The notes beneath the pieces are model-generated. The model was not told the origin of the DNA, did no database searches, and saw only the letters and a program-made list of their open reading frames with translations. This document shows, in pieces, positions 1 through 12,726 of a stretch of DNA of 64,000 nucleotides (positions are counted from its first letter, which is position 1; each line of letters begins with the position of its first letter). The DNA is from Amphiscolops sp. MND2022 (taxonomy: Eukaryota), in NCBI GenBank assembly GCA_964187785.1, contig OZ076412.1, positions 61,628,001 to 61,692,000 of the forward strand, read 5' to 3'. Position numbers and translations under genes: made by a program.

Positions 1-561
1 GAGCAGTTCAAAACTTTGAGAAAAAAATGGATGAAATGCATGCTGAGCTGCGCAAAGCAGACGTGACAAAGGAGAAACTCTCAGATCTCCTACCGAACCG
101 ACAAGACGTTTTCACCAGATGGAAGAGACTCGTTGCGGCGAAGAAAGCACTCTTGAAAGCCAAGTATCAACCAGAATGGGATGATGATAAAGGCAACAGA
201 TTTTGCAGATACCGGGATGATCTAGATTTCTTAGAAACACGACAAACGAACATTGGGCAGATGCTTACAATGATGCGGAGCCTAAAGAATGAAGGACAGT
301 TGAAGGAATTCCTCTGCTTCAAAAATCCAAAGAAAAATGTGATGAAATGTTTCAAAAGAACGAAGACGAAATAGACAAAAATCAGAATACTCTTTGCAAC
401 TCAGGGGATTACAAAACATTGGTACAATCCAACGAAGAGACCCTCAAAATGAGAACTGAAATTGTGGATAAAATAAATGAGTTGTTGAAGCCTAGTGGAG
501 ATACTTCAATCTACCGTGAATTGCATCATCTGGAGGGAATCATGGCCCGTGCCAGGGCGGA

Positions 562-1836
562 ATGGCAAGAACAACAACCCGCGACACTTCTCCTCAGAAG
601 CAGGCAAATGATGAAGTGGCACAAGATACCGTTGGACCCAAATCGTTTGTGAATTGTTGCTATAATGAGGTGACATCGCTACCCGAAGAAAGAGACAGGC
701 GTGCAAGCAAGGCACATTCAAGGGGCAACAGAACCGCAGTTAGTTCCAAGTCTTCAAAAGCAAAGCGTGTGTTACTTCTGGTATTAGAAGCAATGAAAAA
801 ACAAGAAGAAATGGATGAGCAACTATCTGCTAAGAAATTTCAAGCCGAGATCCGGAAGAAACAGGAGGAGATTAACATGAGGATACTCGCAGAGGAACTA
901 GAAATTGCCAAACTCGAAGAAGGAAACGCAAGGGCTAAGCGAATCGCAGAAAAGGAAATGGAAATCGCTCGAGCGGAGGGAAGCAGAGCAAGCACAAGTT
1001 TGCGAAGCATCTCGCCAATGCCCATTCAGAGCGATCCGTTCAAAAAAGTGCCTTCTTGGCCTGATGAAATTGGATGTGACGAAAAAACAACGAAGTTTGT
1101 AGAAGAGGTATCCAGAATCGCACTGGCCACCGAACCTATCAAACCACAACATGATCCTTTGTCACACACAACACAAATGCCCCACCTGGCTGCTAAAACG
1201 GTGCAGCCCAACATGGCAAAGGATGGCACGTCGGCCAGTCAATTCACGCCGAAAGCCGCATCAGCGAAGATGCAAATGATTAAGACAGTTCAACAGCATG
1301 TGCAGTTTGAGAACTTCGAACCTCCAAACCAACCATTGTTAAAAAATCAAATGAGAAATGACACATTGCCACCACCAGTAGCACCCTCAGCTAACTTCTC
1401 TGCCCCCATACAGAGTCAGTTCGCGACAACAAGAAATGAAGCAGTGAGCCTACCAGCCAGTTTGCCGAAACTGAAGCTGGCAGAATTCTCAGGCGACCCA
1501 TTGGAATGGCCTGAGTCGTCAGGGTTGTTCCTCTCGACCGTGCAAGCTGCAAACATCGACGCAAGTCTGAAGATGAATCACCTCGAAACGCTGGTCACTG
1601 GAAAAGCAAAAGAAGTAAGTGCTGGACTAGGCTACACCGGAGACATGTATGATATTGCTTGGAATAACTTAGTCGCGCATTTTGGGAGACCACAATTTGT
1701 AGTTAACGGACAACTGAGACGAATTTACACCTTTCTGCCAGTGAAAGTTTACGACTCTGTAGCCTTGGTCAAATACTCGAGAATAGTTTCAAGTTGTGTA
1801 CAAGTTCTGACGCAGATGAACTATGTTGGCGAGTAG
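562..1836 (+). pseudogene. gag: Bel/Pao gag fragment (DUF1759-like region), frameshifted
   Basis: ORF-track protein nearly identical to the 6913-8811 Gag; a short deletion near 1830 breaks the frame into 1823-2287. Confidence 0.85.
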
Positions 1837-2423
1837 TGCGACCAAAAAATTGCCAATGAACATGAAGACGAAATGGTTGACGCACGCGAGACAAAATGCT
1901 AATTACTACATGGGGCTGGAAGCGTTCAGCTTATGGTTGCAAGAGGTAGCAGCGGTGCAGGAAGACGTTCTCATGGCAAGCAATCCCAACGCCGACAAAT
2001 CAAAATGGACAAGTAAAGACAAACCAAAGAACTCTACTTTTTCAACTTTCGCTATCGACAATTCCGACAAGAAGACTGGTCGAGATTGTCTTGTGAGAGA
2101 TGGTAAACATCCTTTGTGCAAATGTGAGAAGTTTCTGAAAATGACATGTCAAGCACGAAATGAGAAAGTCAAAGAGTTGAAACTCTGCTTTTGTTGTTTG
2201 GCTGGGAAACATGTAGTGAAAGACTGCACATACAAAGCGTGTGGAGTCAAAAATTGTAACAGGCGACACACACCGCGAGGCAAATGAGCGGCACAAGGAA
2301 AGCGGACCGGAAGACCCACAACAGAAGGCGGAGGCGAACTCTGCATTTTGCTCATTAAAGAGCAGTGGAATTCTACCTGTTATACCCGTCATCATCTAAG
2401 TTGGAAAAAAGCAAGAATCGACT

Positions 2424-3002
2424 TTGGCGTTGTGTGACTCTGAAGCGAGCCTATCGTTCATAAACAAGACATTAGCTGACAAGTTAAATGTTCACGGGGA
2501 AGAAATTGACCTGAGTGTGGCTGGAATACATGGGACAAATGATGTGAAATGTGAACGATTCACTGTGGGAATTCGTGGCAAGGCAATGCGCGACACACAC
2601 CACATGACAGTTTACACTCATCCAAACATAGACGCCGGAACAATGATCTACAACTATCAGGATCTCAAACTTGCCTATCCCCATTTGTCGGTTTTAAGCG
2701 AAGAAACATTGAAACTCAAGGATGTAAAAATGATATTGGGAAAAAACTGCTACCATTTACATCGGCCTGTAGAAAATAAAAGCTGCACGAATGGTGAGCC
2801 TTGGGCAGTGAGAACGAAACTTGGATGGATTCTCTGTGGACCACTTCCACAGCAAAAATCTGTGCAGATGACTGCATCTTGGGTAACAGCTTCTGAAGAT
2901 GATGTGCTGGCAGAACAGATTAAAACTTGGTGGGACATGTATCTGGAAGGTCCAAGGTCGACGAGAAGCGTTGCAGATGCTAGAACAAACCACGAAGTTT
3001 GA
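2424..3002 (+). pseudogene. pol: Bel/Pao aspartic protease region of pol, disrupted
   Basis: LCDSEAS (DSGS-type active-site variant), EPWAVRTKLGWILCGP, TWWDM motifs. Confidence 0.8.
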
Positions 3003-3016
3003 TGGTGGAAGATACG

Positions 3017-3064
3017 AAGTTCTCCTCTGGAAAAGTTCTCCTCTGGAAAAGTTCTCCTCTGGAA
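3017..3064 (+). repeat. Tandem 16-mer AAGTTCTCCTCTGGAA x3
   Basis: Three exact units; the paralogous site at 9545-9576 has two units. Confidence 0.95.
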
Positions 3065-3360
3065 GGACTCCTCGGAAAAGAAGGGGCCCCTTCTTGCCGA
3101 ACAACTATTCGTCGGCATTATGCCAAATGAAATCGTTAGAGTATAGACTTGAAAGGCAACCGGAATTGAAGGAACTTTATCAAGTTCAACAAAAATGATT
3201 TCAACAGGCGCTCCGTAAGGGAGTCGTGACTAGGAATTTTAAAAGTCAAGCTAACGATGAAAAGACTAAAATAATAAGGATGATTAAGCATTTTTAGTGA
3301 ACAAAATCGAATTTTAGGATTCCTAGAAAACTTTAGGTGACGAATAAGTAAGGCTGAGAA

Positions 3361-3760
3361 GGTATAAATACCTAAAGTTCATGAAAAGTTTTGATCAATC
3401 AATCTTCTGTTGTTACGAATACGCTCCGTTGAAAAACAAAACAGTTTTTTTGAAGAATTTCAAAAACCCCAATGAAGTCTCTTTCTCTCTTCCTAAGACG
3501 ACTACTAGAAGCCACAAAAGAAAAGCTGTAGAAGAATTGGTTTCTGTTGACCAAGAGACCCCTCTGGGTAGAAATGACGATAGTGAAAATCCCGAAGTTG
3601 GGACGAGCAAATCACCAGAAGTTCGGATTGAGAATTTAGAGGAAATAGAATCCACTCTGAGAAAAAAGATTCTATCGAACCTTACAAAAAGCTGAAAACC
3701 AAAAAGAAATACAGTTTAATGGCACCAGTTTAACACATGAAGATGTTTCAATTTATGCCA
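3361..3760 (+). mobile_element. Decayed Gypsy LTR fragment with LTR-encoded Gag N-terminus (third family)
   Basis: GGTATAAATA at 3361, followed ~130 nt later by a frame reading TTTRSHKRKAVEELVS...ENLEEIESTLRK, matching the box-plus-TTR-K layout at 18890/19030 and 61577/61423. Boundaries not resolved. Confidence 0.6.
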
Positions 3761-5153
3761 CGAACTCATTCAACATGATCTTTGTTGCGATCAATTAATT
3801 GTTGCCACATCATCCGGGTGGACGTTCCAAAGTGAGTGCCAAAACAAACGAATTTATGCTTCCAGAATGAACTTGAGGTAACTAACAAGGCCAACGAAAC
3901 AAAATCGAACAGGTGGTTCCTTGAACTGCAACTTCGAACACGTGTCGATAGGTATTCATCGAAGAGCACAGCACTTAAACGTTCGTTATTTTTATCGTTT
4001 CCAGGTAAACTAACTTGGAGAACACAACGGCAGCTTGAGAATTCAATATTGACGCAACTAAAACATCAGAGGAATCTTTTACAAGATCTGTGTACGCAAG
4101 TAAGGCTCCCGCAATATAGTAGCTAAGCCACTGGGCATAACAGAGTGCACTTATTTTAGGTAGTTCAAATATTTAAGTATAGAGATAATTTTTGAAGATA
4201 AATAACTAATTCTTCCTCAAGCTGAAATTGAGATCTCGGCAAAGTGATCAAGAGGACATGACTATAAGGTTACAGTAGCATCTAACAAAGTCTTCAAACT
4301 TTAGGTATTGAAAGGGACACGTGCCTGAGACAGATAATTCTCATGAGCGGTTAACCTTTAGTAGGTTTGCAACCCCCCCTACTTATTTGCACTGCAGATG
4401 AAACGACAATAGCTGTGTTGTATTTTTTTACCACGATAACGCGTCATACTGCTGAAATGATCCATCAAGCGCTTGAGAAAGTATGCACACTTCAATGTTA
4501 GACAATGAAACGTTGTTCCTGTCGTTCAGTCTAAACTCGCAAACTTTCAAACTTCCGTTAACTTCTTGCACCTTTTGTCGTTCTTCCCATTGTGGTGGCC
4601 AACTTTAATAACTCTCATTCGAAAGAAAGTCGATGCTTTTTGGAAAATAAGCTTCCTGATTTATCTCAAAACAAATTATTTGAAAAATCGCTGCAGTTCT
4701 CAAAATTCCCAAGTTCTCGGAGAAAGTGTAGTTATTTTCCATTCATTCAAACTTTTTCCTATTCTGTGAAAAGATTACAGTTCAAAGATTTGTCTCGTGA
4801 CGAACAACCTCGGACTCAAAGTTTTTAAAGTATCCAAAGACGCCACAAGTAACAGTTGAAAGATTTTCCGAAGTTTTCGGCTGATTCAAAGATTGAAAAG
4901 AACTACTCAAAGAGTATCAAAGAAGTATCCGCGGGATTTCAAAGCTGTAACAAAAGAATATCCAAAGATTTTCAAAGTATTCAACGCCTAACCTACGAGA
5001 TCTTCAGAACAACTCCCATTTCCTCCAATACAAAAAAACTAAGTAAAGGTATAAATAAGAACCCTGAAGAACGAAGAATCCCAAAAATATCCAATCTGGT
5101 ACAGTTTGACGGAAATTGAAGTGCAAAAGAAAAGTCATGCTTCCCACAAAGCG

Positions 5154-6003
5154 TGTTGGCGCCAGTCATCAGCAAGCAAAGAAACTCGATTCAGAACATG
5201 CTGGTTGAGAAACAAAGCTTAAACTCCTAAAAACTTAGAAGAAATTTTGATGAAAAGTCGAGGGGGAAAAATCGAAAACCCCCCCAGGCGGGATTTTCCC
5301 GACAACTCTAAGTTCTAGAGCCACGAAACTTGGCACACACACGCAAGTATCTAACACCAACACACCGGCGAAGTTTCAAGGTCATTCATCTATTAACACC
5401 CCCTTTACCCCTCACATGTGTGGTATTCAAGGTCATTGAGACTAAAATGTAAACTTTGTTATTTACCTTAATGACCATACTACAATGTATCTCTGTTGAA
5501 ATTAGTGTTATTTACATTGTGTAAACATGCTTTAGAGCCCACCTAACCAACATGCTAGACCCACACTATGGTTTGTTTACATAGCCAATAACTTTAATAT
5601 TTCACTTAAATGTCATTTATTTATACTTTATATTTTGACCTATAATTACTGTAGAATTGAAAACGATATGTATACCATAACTAGTTAGGCACAAATTGAT
5701 TGGAAAGCTGTATTAAAGTCGGGTCTCAGGACCACACATATTCTCAATTCATTTCTTCACCTCTTTTCGACTTTTCGTCAAATACTTAGGGCGATTAAGT
5801 TAGCTACTCTCAACTTGTGGAGAGTTGGACGTGTTAAGAGACAAGGCAGAAGTGGAATTCGGGATCATTGGATCCTACTAAGTTACGATACAGTCCTTTC
5901 AATCTAAGAAGCAAGCAGTGTTCGGTAACGATCCGCAGTGCCGAGCACCGAATTCAGGGCGGCGTGAAGTTTGGTCAACTGAAGGGATCAAGCAGCCGTT
6001 ACA
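5154..6003 (+). repeat. 5' LTR of Bel/Pao copy 2
   Basis: TGTTGGCGCC...CCGTTACA; direct repeat of 12727-13575 with scattered substitutions. Confidence 0.95.
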
Positions 6004-6005
6004 TT

Positions 6006-6018
6006 TGGTCCGCCGGAC
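6006..6018 (+). promoter_or_regulatory. Putative primer-binding site TGGTCCGCCGGAC
   Basis: TGG-initiated motif 2 nt downstream of the 5' LTR; cognate tRNA not identified. Confidence 0.55.
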
Positions 6019-6406
6019 ATCATCATTTGGGCGGACATCATCAATTGGGCGGACAACTGGATGATTATCTGATTGCTACACAGCCAGAGAAGCACTGTGC
6101 GAACAAGTGAACGTGTACAGTGGACGACAGCTTTTGAACCACTGTGGTTGAACCCTACAAAGCTGTGTGCGCTGAAAAGTGGACTCATCTGGGCTCTCCT
6201 CTTAGTATTGTGTACTCTGGGGCTTGGGCTACTTCTGCAGGCTCTGGGAGATTGTATTCGAAGTGGTATTACTGGAGCTCTTGGGCATAAGGTATACTCT
6301 GGGGTTTTGGTTTACTTCATCAGCTTTTTGGGAGTTGTATTCGCAGCAGAATAATTTGGACTCTTTGGTTCATTTAGTGTACTTTGGGGTTTTGGGCTAG
6401 TTCAAA

Positions 6407-6868
6407 ATGGCTGAACCCAAGAGAATTGATTACGAAAGAATTGACAATCGTTTGAAGAGTTCTCTGGACAAGCCACAATGGGAGAGCAACATGAGAGCAA
6501 TTCAAAATTTTGAGAAAAAAATGGATGAAATGCATGCTGAGCTGCGCAAAGCAGACGTGACAAAGGAGAAACTCTCACATCTCCTACCGAACCGACAAGA
6601 CGTTTTCAGCAGATGGAAGAGACTCGTTGCGGCGAAGAAAGCACTCTTGAAAGCCAAGTATCAACCAGAATGGGATGATGGTAAAGGCAACAGATTTTGT
6701 AGATACCGGGATGATCTAGATTTCTTAGAAACACGACAAACGAACATTGGGCAGATGCTCACAATGATGCGGAGCCTAAAGAATGAAGGACAGTTGAAGG
6801 AAATCCTCTGCTTCAAAAATCCAAAGAAAAATGTGATGAAATTTTTCAAAAAAACGAAGACGAAATAG
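6407..6868 (+). pseudogene. gag: N-terminal helical segment of Bel/Pao gag, separated from the main gag by frameshift(s)
   Basis: 153-aa charged ORF, duplicated at 27-374; the alternative frame (KSKEKCDE..KNEDEIDK) leads on toward the 6913 ORF. Confidence 0.7.
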
Positions 6869-6912
6869 ACAAAAATCAGAAAACTCTTTGCAACTCAGAG
6901 GATTACAAAACA

Positions 6913-8811
6913 TTGGTACAATCCAACGAAGAGAACCTCAAAATGAGAACTGAAAGTGTGGATAAAATAAATGAGTTGTTGAAGCCTAGTGGAGATACTT
7001 CAATCTACCGTGAATTGCATCATCTGGAGGGAATCATGACCCGTGCCAGGGCGGAATGGCAAGAACAACAGTTGAAGTCCCGCGACATTTCTCCTCAGAA
7101 GCAGGCAAGTGATGAAGTGGCACAAGATACCGTTGGACCCAAATCGTTTGTGAATTGTTGCTATAATGAGGTGACATCGCTACCCGAAGAAAGAGACAGG
7201 CGTGCAAGCAAGGCACATTCAAGGGGCAACAGAACCGCAGTTAGTTCCAAGTCTTCAAAAGCAAAGCCTGTGTTACTTCTGGTATTAGAAGCAATGAAAA
7301 AACAAGAAGAAATGGATGGGCAACTAGCTGCTAAGAAACTTCAAGCCGAGATCCGGAAGAAACAGGAGGAGATGAACATGAGGATACTCGCAGAGGAACT
7401 AGAAATTGCCAAACTCGAAGAAGGAAACGCAAGGGCTAAGCGAATCGCAGAAAAGGAAATTGAAATCGCTCAAGCGGAGGCAAGCAGAGCAAGCACAAGT
7501 TTGCGAAGCATCTCGCCAATGCCCATTCAGAGCGATCCGTTCGAAAAAGTGCCTTCTTGGCCTGATGAAATTGGATGTGACGAAAAAACAACGAAGTTTG
7601 TAGAAGAGGTATCCAGAATCGCACTGGCCACCGAACCTATCAAACCACAACATGATCCTTTGTCACACACAACACAAATGCCCCACCTGGCTGCTAAAAC
7701 GGTGCAGCCCAACTTGGCAAAGGATGGCACGTCGGCCAGTCAATTCACGCCGAAAGCCGCATCAGCGAAGATGCAAATGATTAAGACAGTTCAACAGCAT
7801 GTGCAGTTTGAGAACTTCGAACCTCCAAACCAACCATTGTTAAAAAATCAAATGAGAAATGGCACATTGCCACCACCAGTGGCACCCTCAGCTAACTACT
7901 CTGCCCCCATAGAGAGTCAGTTCGCGACAACAAGAAATGAAGCAGTGAGCCTACCAGCCAGTTTGCCGAAACTGAAGCTGGCAGAATTCTCAGGCGACCC
8001 ATTGGAATGGCCTGAGTCGTCAGGGTTGTTCCTCTCGACCGTGCACGCTGCAAACATCGACGCAATTCTGAAGATGAATCACCTCGAAACGCTGGTCATT
8101 GGAAAAGCAAAAGAAGTAAGTGCTGGACTAGGCTACACCGGAGACATGTATGATATTGCTTGGAATAACTTAGTCGCGCACTTTGGCAGACCACAATTTG
8201 TAGTCTACGGACAACTGAGACGAATTTACACCTTTCTGCCAGTGAAAGCTTTCGACTCTGTAGCATTGGTCAAATACTCGAGAAAAGTTTCAAGTTGTGT
8301 ACAAGTTCTGACGCAGATGAACTATGTTGGCGACTTGCAGTCACAGGGCGTCCTGAGTAGTGCGACCAAAAAAGTGCCAATGAACATGAAGACGAAATGG
8401 TTGACGCACGCGAGACAAAATGCTAATTACTACATGGGGTTGGAAGCGTTCAGCCTATGGTTGCAAGAGGTAGCAGCGGTGCAAGAAGACGTTTTCATGG
8501 CAGGCAATCCCAACGCCGACAAATCAAAATGGACAAGTAAAGACAAACCAAAGAACTCTACTTTTTCAACTTTCGCTATCGACAATTCCGACAAGAAGAC
8601 TGGTCGAGATTGTCTTTTGAGAGATGGTAAACATCCTTTGTGGAAATGTGAGAAGTTTCTGAAAATGACATGTCAAGCGCGAAATGAGAAACTCAAAGAG
8701 TTGAAACTCTGTTTTTGTTGTTTGGCTGGGAAACATGTAGTGAAAGACTGCACATACAAAGCGTGTGGAGTCAAAAATTGTAACAGGCGGCACACACCGC
8801 GAGGCAAATGA
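6913..8811 (+). CDS. gag: Bel/Pao Gag (DUF1759-like region plus Cys/His knuckles), 632 aa
   Basis: SLPKLKLAEFSGDPLEW, KHPLWKC, CFCCLAGKHVVKDC motifs. Confidence 0.88.
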   Translation: MVQSNEENLKMRTESVDKINELLKPSGDTSIYRELHHLEGIMTRARAEWQEQQLKSRDISPQKQASDEVAQDTVGPKSFVNCCYNEVTSLPEERDRRASKAHSRGNRTAVSSKSSKAKPVLLLVLEAMKKQEEMDGQLAAKKLQAEIRKKQEEMNMRILAEELEIAKLEEGNARAKRIAEKEIEIAQAEASRASTSLRSISPMPIQSDPFEKVPSWPDEIGCDEKTTKFVEEVSRIALATEPIKPQHDPLSHTTQMPHLAAKTVQPNLAKDGTSASQFTPKAASAKMQMIKTVQQHVQFENFEPPNQPLLKNQMRNGTLPPPVAPSANYSAPIESQFATTRNEAVSLPASLPKLKLAEFSGDPLEWPESSGLFLSTVHAANIDAILKMNHLETLVIGKAKEVSAGLGYTGDMYDIAWNNLVAHFGRPQFVVYGQLRRIYTFLPVKAFDSVALVKYSRKVSSCVQVLTQMNYVGDLQSQGVLSSATKKVPMNMKTKWLTHARQNANYYMGLEAFSLWLQEVAAVQEDVFMAGNPNADKSKWTSKDKPKNSTFSTFAIDNSDKKTGRDCLLRDGKHPLWKCEKFLKMTCQARNEKLKELKLCFCCLAGKHVVKDCTYKACGVKNCNRRHTPRGK

Positions 8812-8819
8812 GCGGCACA

Positions 8820-11800
8820 AGGAAAGCGGACCGGAAGACCCACAACAGAAGGCGGAGGCGAACTCTGCATTTTGCTCATTAAAGAGCAGTGGAATTCCAC
8901 CCGTTATACCCGTCATCATCTAAGTTGGAAAAAAGCAAGAATCGGCTTTGGCGTTGTGTGACTCTGGAGCGAGCCTATCGTGCATAAACAAGACATAAGC
9001 TGACAAGTTAAATGTTCACGGGGAAGAAATTGACCTGAGTGTGGCTGGAATACATGGGACAAATGATGTGAAATGTGAACGATTCACTGTGGGAATTTGT
9101 GGCAAGGCAATGCGCGACACACACCACATGACAGTTTACAGTCATCCAAACATAGACGCCGGAACAATGATCTACAACTATCAGGAGCTCAAACTTGCCT
9201 ATCCCCATTTGTCGGTTTTAAGCGAAGAAACATTGAAACTCAAGGATGTAAAAATGATATTGGGACAAAACTGCTACCATATACATCGGCCTGTAGAAAA
9301 TAAAAGCTGCACGAATGGTGAGCCTTGGGCAGTGAGAACAAAACTTGGATGGATTCTCTGTGGACCGACCACTTCCACAGCAAAAATCTGTGCAGATGAC
9401 TGCATCTTGGGTAACAGCTTCTGAAGATGATGTGCTGGCAGGACAGATTAAAACTTGGTGGGACATGTATCTGGAAAGTCCAAGGTCGACGAGAAGCGTT
9501 GCAGATGCTAGAACAAACCACGAAGTTTGATGGTGAAAGATACGAAGTTCTCCTCTGGAAAAGTTCTCCTCTGGAAGGACTCCTCGGAAAAGAAGGGACC
9601 CCTTCTTGCCGAACAACTATTCGTCGGCATTATGCCAAATGAAATCGTTAGAGTATAGACTTGAAAAGCAACCGGAATTGAAGGAACTTTATCAAGACAC
9701 CATCAAAGTAGATGTTGAGAAGGGATTCGTCAAAATCCTAAAGCAGGAAGAGTTAGAAGCAACAAAATTGGAAAGACAGTGGTAGGTACCACATCACCCA
9801 GTGCGAAACCCAAACAAACCTGGAAACGTAAGGCGAGTGTGCAACGCAGCTTCTAAATTCAGAGGAATTTCACTGAACGATAACCTCTTGACCCGACCGG
9901 ATTTACTGCAGAATCTAATTGGAATCATCTTCAGGTTCAAGGAACAAAAGGTCGCCATCACCGCCGACATTGAGGCGATGCTCCTCCAGGTGAAAGTACC
10001 ACCGGAAGATTGTAAAATGTTGAGATTTCTATGGAGAGACCATCCAAATGAACCCGTTAAGGTGTATGAGTATGGAAGACATATCTTCGGAACCAAAAGT
10101 TCGCCAACTTGCGCCAATTATGCTCTGCAACAAGTTGCAAGAGATAACGCACAGGAGTCCCCACAAATTACTAAACTGATAATGCGAAACTTCTAAATGG
10201 ATGACTTTGTCAAGTCTGTTTCCAGCGCTGAGCAGGCTATTGAAATCTACAAACTATTGCGAGCAATGTTGGCAAAGGGAGGCTTTCAGTTGACAAAATG
10301 GATTAGCAACTGCGAACAGACTATGACATCTATCGACCAAGATGACAGGTCACTTTCCTCTAGTAAAACCTTCGAGGCTGAACCGACTTCTCCATTCATC
10401 TTGGGACTGCAATGGAACGTTGATGCAGATAATCTGGAAGTCTGCAGAGGCATGCCGAAGGAGATGCCGGTGAAGATAACTCAGCGAGCGGTGTTATCCC
10501 ATGTTTCAGCTGTATTCGAAACTCTGGGAATAGTGTCTCCTTTCACAATAAGAATGCGACTGCTACTGAAATTAATTTGGAAGGATAAGGGACAGTCGTG
10601 GGATAATGAACTGAATGACGAAAATCGACATGAATTCAAGAAATGGGCATCAGAGATGATACATGTGAACCAAATGTCCCTCGAAAGAACATATTTTCAG
10701 TCGAGTGTGAACAAAGTAGATCTACATATCTTCTCAGAGGCTTCGTTGGAAGCAATGTGTACGGTTGCCCTGTTTGAGAAAGCAAGAAAATGACGAAATG
10801 GCCTTTGTGATCGGAAAATGTAGAGTAGCTCCAATTAGGAACATGACAGTGGCCAAGTTGGAGATGCGTGAGTGTAAGACTGCGTGAACTCAATTTAGAA
10901 GAACATGATCTTGAAGTAGACCGAATCGTACACTGGACAAATTCAACAACGGTCCTACAATGGCTTCACGCAAGCAACAACAAGCAACCTCAACCTGTCT
11001 TTGTAGCGAACAGAGTCGCAGAGATCCTCGAAAACTCAACTATAGACCAATGGCGACATGTGGAAGGAAAAATGAATCCTGCTGACATTGGAACTCGAGG
11101 AATGACAGTTGAAGCCCTGAACGAGAGTGAGTGGCTCACAGGGCGGGCGTGGCTCACCGAGACAGAAGACGCCTGGCCTAAGGCGCCTGAAAAGTTACAA
11201 TTCAGCATTCGAGAAGAGCCTGAACGAGTCATGGAAGCTGCGGTAATGGAACCAGCATTCAAATGGGAAAGATTTGGGTCTTTCAAGAAAACGATTCGAG
11301 TGCTGTCATACTGCCTTAGATGGAGGAAAAAGAAATCCGAATTCTGACAGTTCAAGAACTCAATGCGGCAAAACTGGCAACTTTGAAGCGTTTTCAGAAG
11401 GAAAGTTTTCATGATGCCTTCGAGAAATTCTCCAAAGGGCAGCCGTTGTCGGCTTCAGATCAGTTGAGTAATATATCGCCGTTTTTGGACGAAAATGGGT
11501 TGCTACGACTACAAGGTTGCCTGAAACATTCAAAGTCAAGTTATGCAATCAAACACCCAATCTTGTTGTCAGCAACGCATTACGTTGTTTTCAAGTTGAT
11601 TGAAGATGCGCATCGAGCGAATTTTCATGAAGGCACAGAAAACGTCAGAAGTGTTCTCAGGTAAGAATACTGGATTATTGGTTTGCGTAACGCTCTTAGG
11701 AGTGTCAAAGCGAAATGTGTTAAATGTAGAAAGCAACGGGTGGGAGTGTCTCAACCATTTATGGCTGATTTACCGCGAGAGAGGTTGCAGGAACGAGTAT

Positions 11801-12726
11801 TCCCCTTTACCAACTCTGGAGTTGACTATTTTGGTCCCTTCGAAGTGAAGTTTATGCGTAAGACCATGAAGAGATGGTGTTGTCTGTTCACATGTTTGAC
11901 GACTAGAGCAGTACACATTGAAGTTGTTCCATCTTCGGGAGCAGAGATCTGCTTAACTGCTATTACACGGTTTATTGCCCAAAGAGGTAAACCTGCTACA
12001 ATTTTCAGCGTCAATGGGACAAACTTTGTTGGTGCAGCGAAAGAAATGAGAGATTGTATAAATGCGTGGAATCAGTCAGACATTGAGACGTCTTTAGCTC
12101 AAAGGGACATCAAGTGGAAATTCAACCCTCTTGGAGCTCCTCATTTGGAGGAAGATGGGAGCGGTTGGTCTGAAGTTGTAAAGAAGCAATGATAGCCGTG
12201 TTGGATGGACGATCTCTGACAGACGACGTCCTTATAACTACTATGTGTTTAGTAGAACAGACGTTGAACGCTAGACCACTGACAAGTGTTAGTGACGATC
12301 CTGATGACCTGGAAGCTTTGACACCGAACCACTTCTTAATGGGAAGAGCTAATTTAGCCACACCATTCCTACCAGACTCTCAACGTTACACATATTTGAG
12401 ACGAGTATTTCGAGTGTCGAAAGCTTATTCAGATATGATTTGGACTAGATGGACTAAAGAATATCTGCCGGAATGGAATGTGCGTAATAAATGCAACAAA
12501 GATGACGTGAGACAGCTGAAAGTCAACGATTTGGTTTGGGTCGTGGATTAAAATGTGAAGCGGTCCAACTACAAGATGGCGAGAGTATTGGAAGTGCAAG
12601 AAGGAAGCGACAGCAGAGTTAGGTCTGCGACAGTGGTGACGAAAGATGGCAAACTCAAAAGACCAGAGTGAAACTGGCACCCCTGTTCTTTGAATGTGTT
12701 TTTCGGGAGAAAAACAGGGAAGGCAA
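8820..12726 (+). pseudogene. pol: Bel/Pao pol (protease, RT, Pao RNase H, integrase) with stops and frameshifts
   Basis: CDSGAS protease; RVCNAASKFRGISLND, DIEAML, IFGTKSSP, (Y)MDD RT; HIFSEAS, FVANRV, NPADIGTRG RNase H; GVDYFGP, CLTTRAVHIE, LTPNHFLMG integrase. Confidence 0.92.
12705..12726 (+). promoter_or_regulatory. Polypurine tract of Bel/Pao copy 2
   Basis: GGGAGAAAAACAGGGAAGGCAA immediately 5' of the 3' LTR. Confidence 0.75.

Larger units (their letters stand above)
1..3184 (+). mobile_element. Bel/Pao LTR retrotransposon family A, partial copy 1 (5' end outside window; stops in the protease-RT linker)
   Basis: Near-identical to ~6495-9697. Gag motif SLPKLKLAEFSGDPLEW, Cys/His knuckles (HPLCKC, CFCCLAGKHVVKDC), protease ALCDSEAS. 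Similarity to copy 2 ends after gaaggaactttatcaag at 3184. Confidence 0.92.

Noticed and set aside
3017-3064. CRISPR-like repeat array
   Set aside because: Head-to-tail 16-mers with no spacers inside a retrotransposon pol; slippage duplication.
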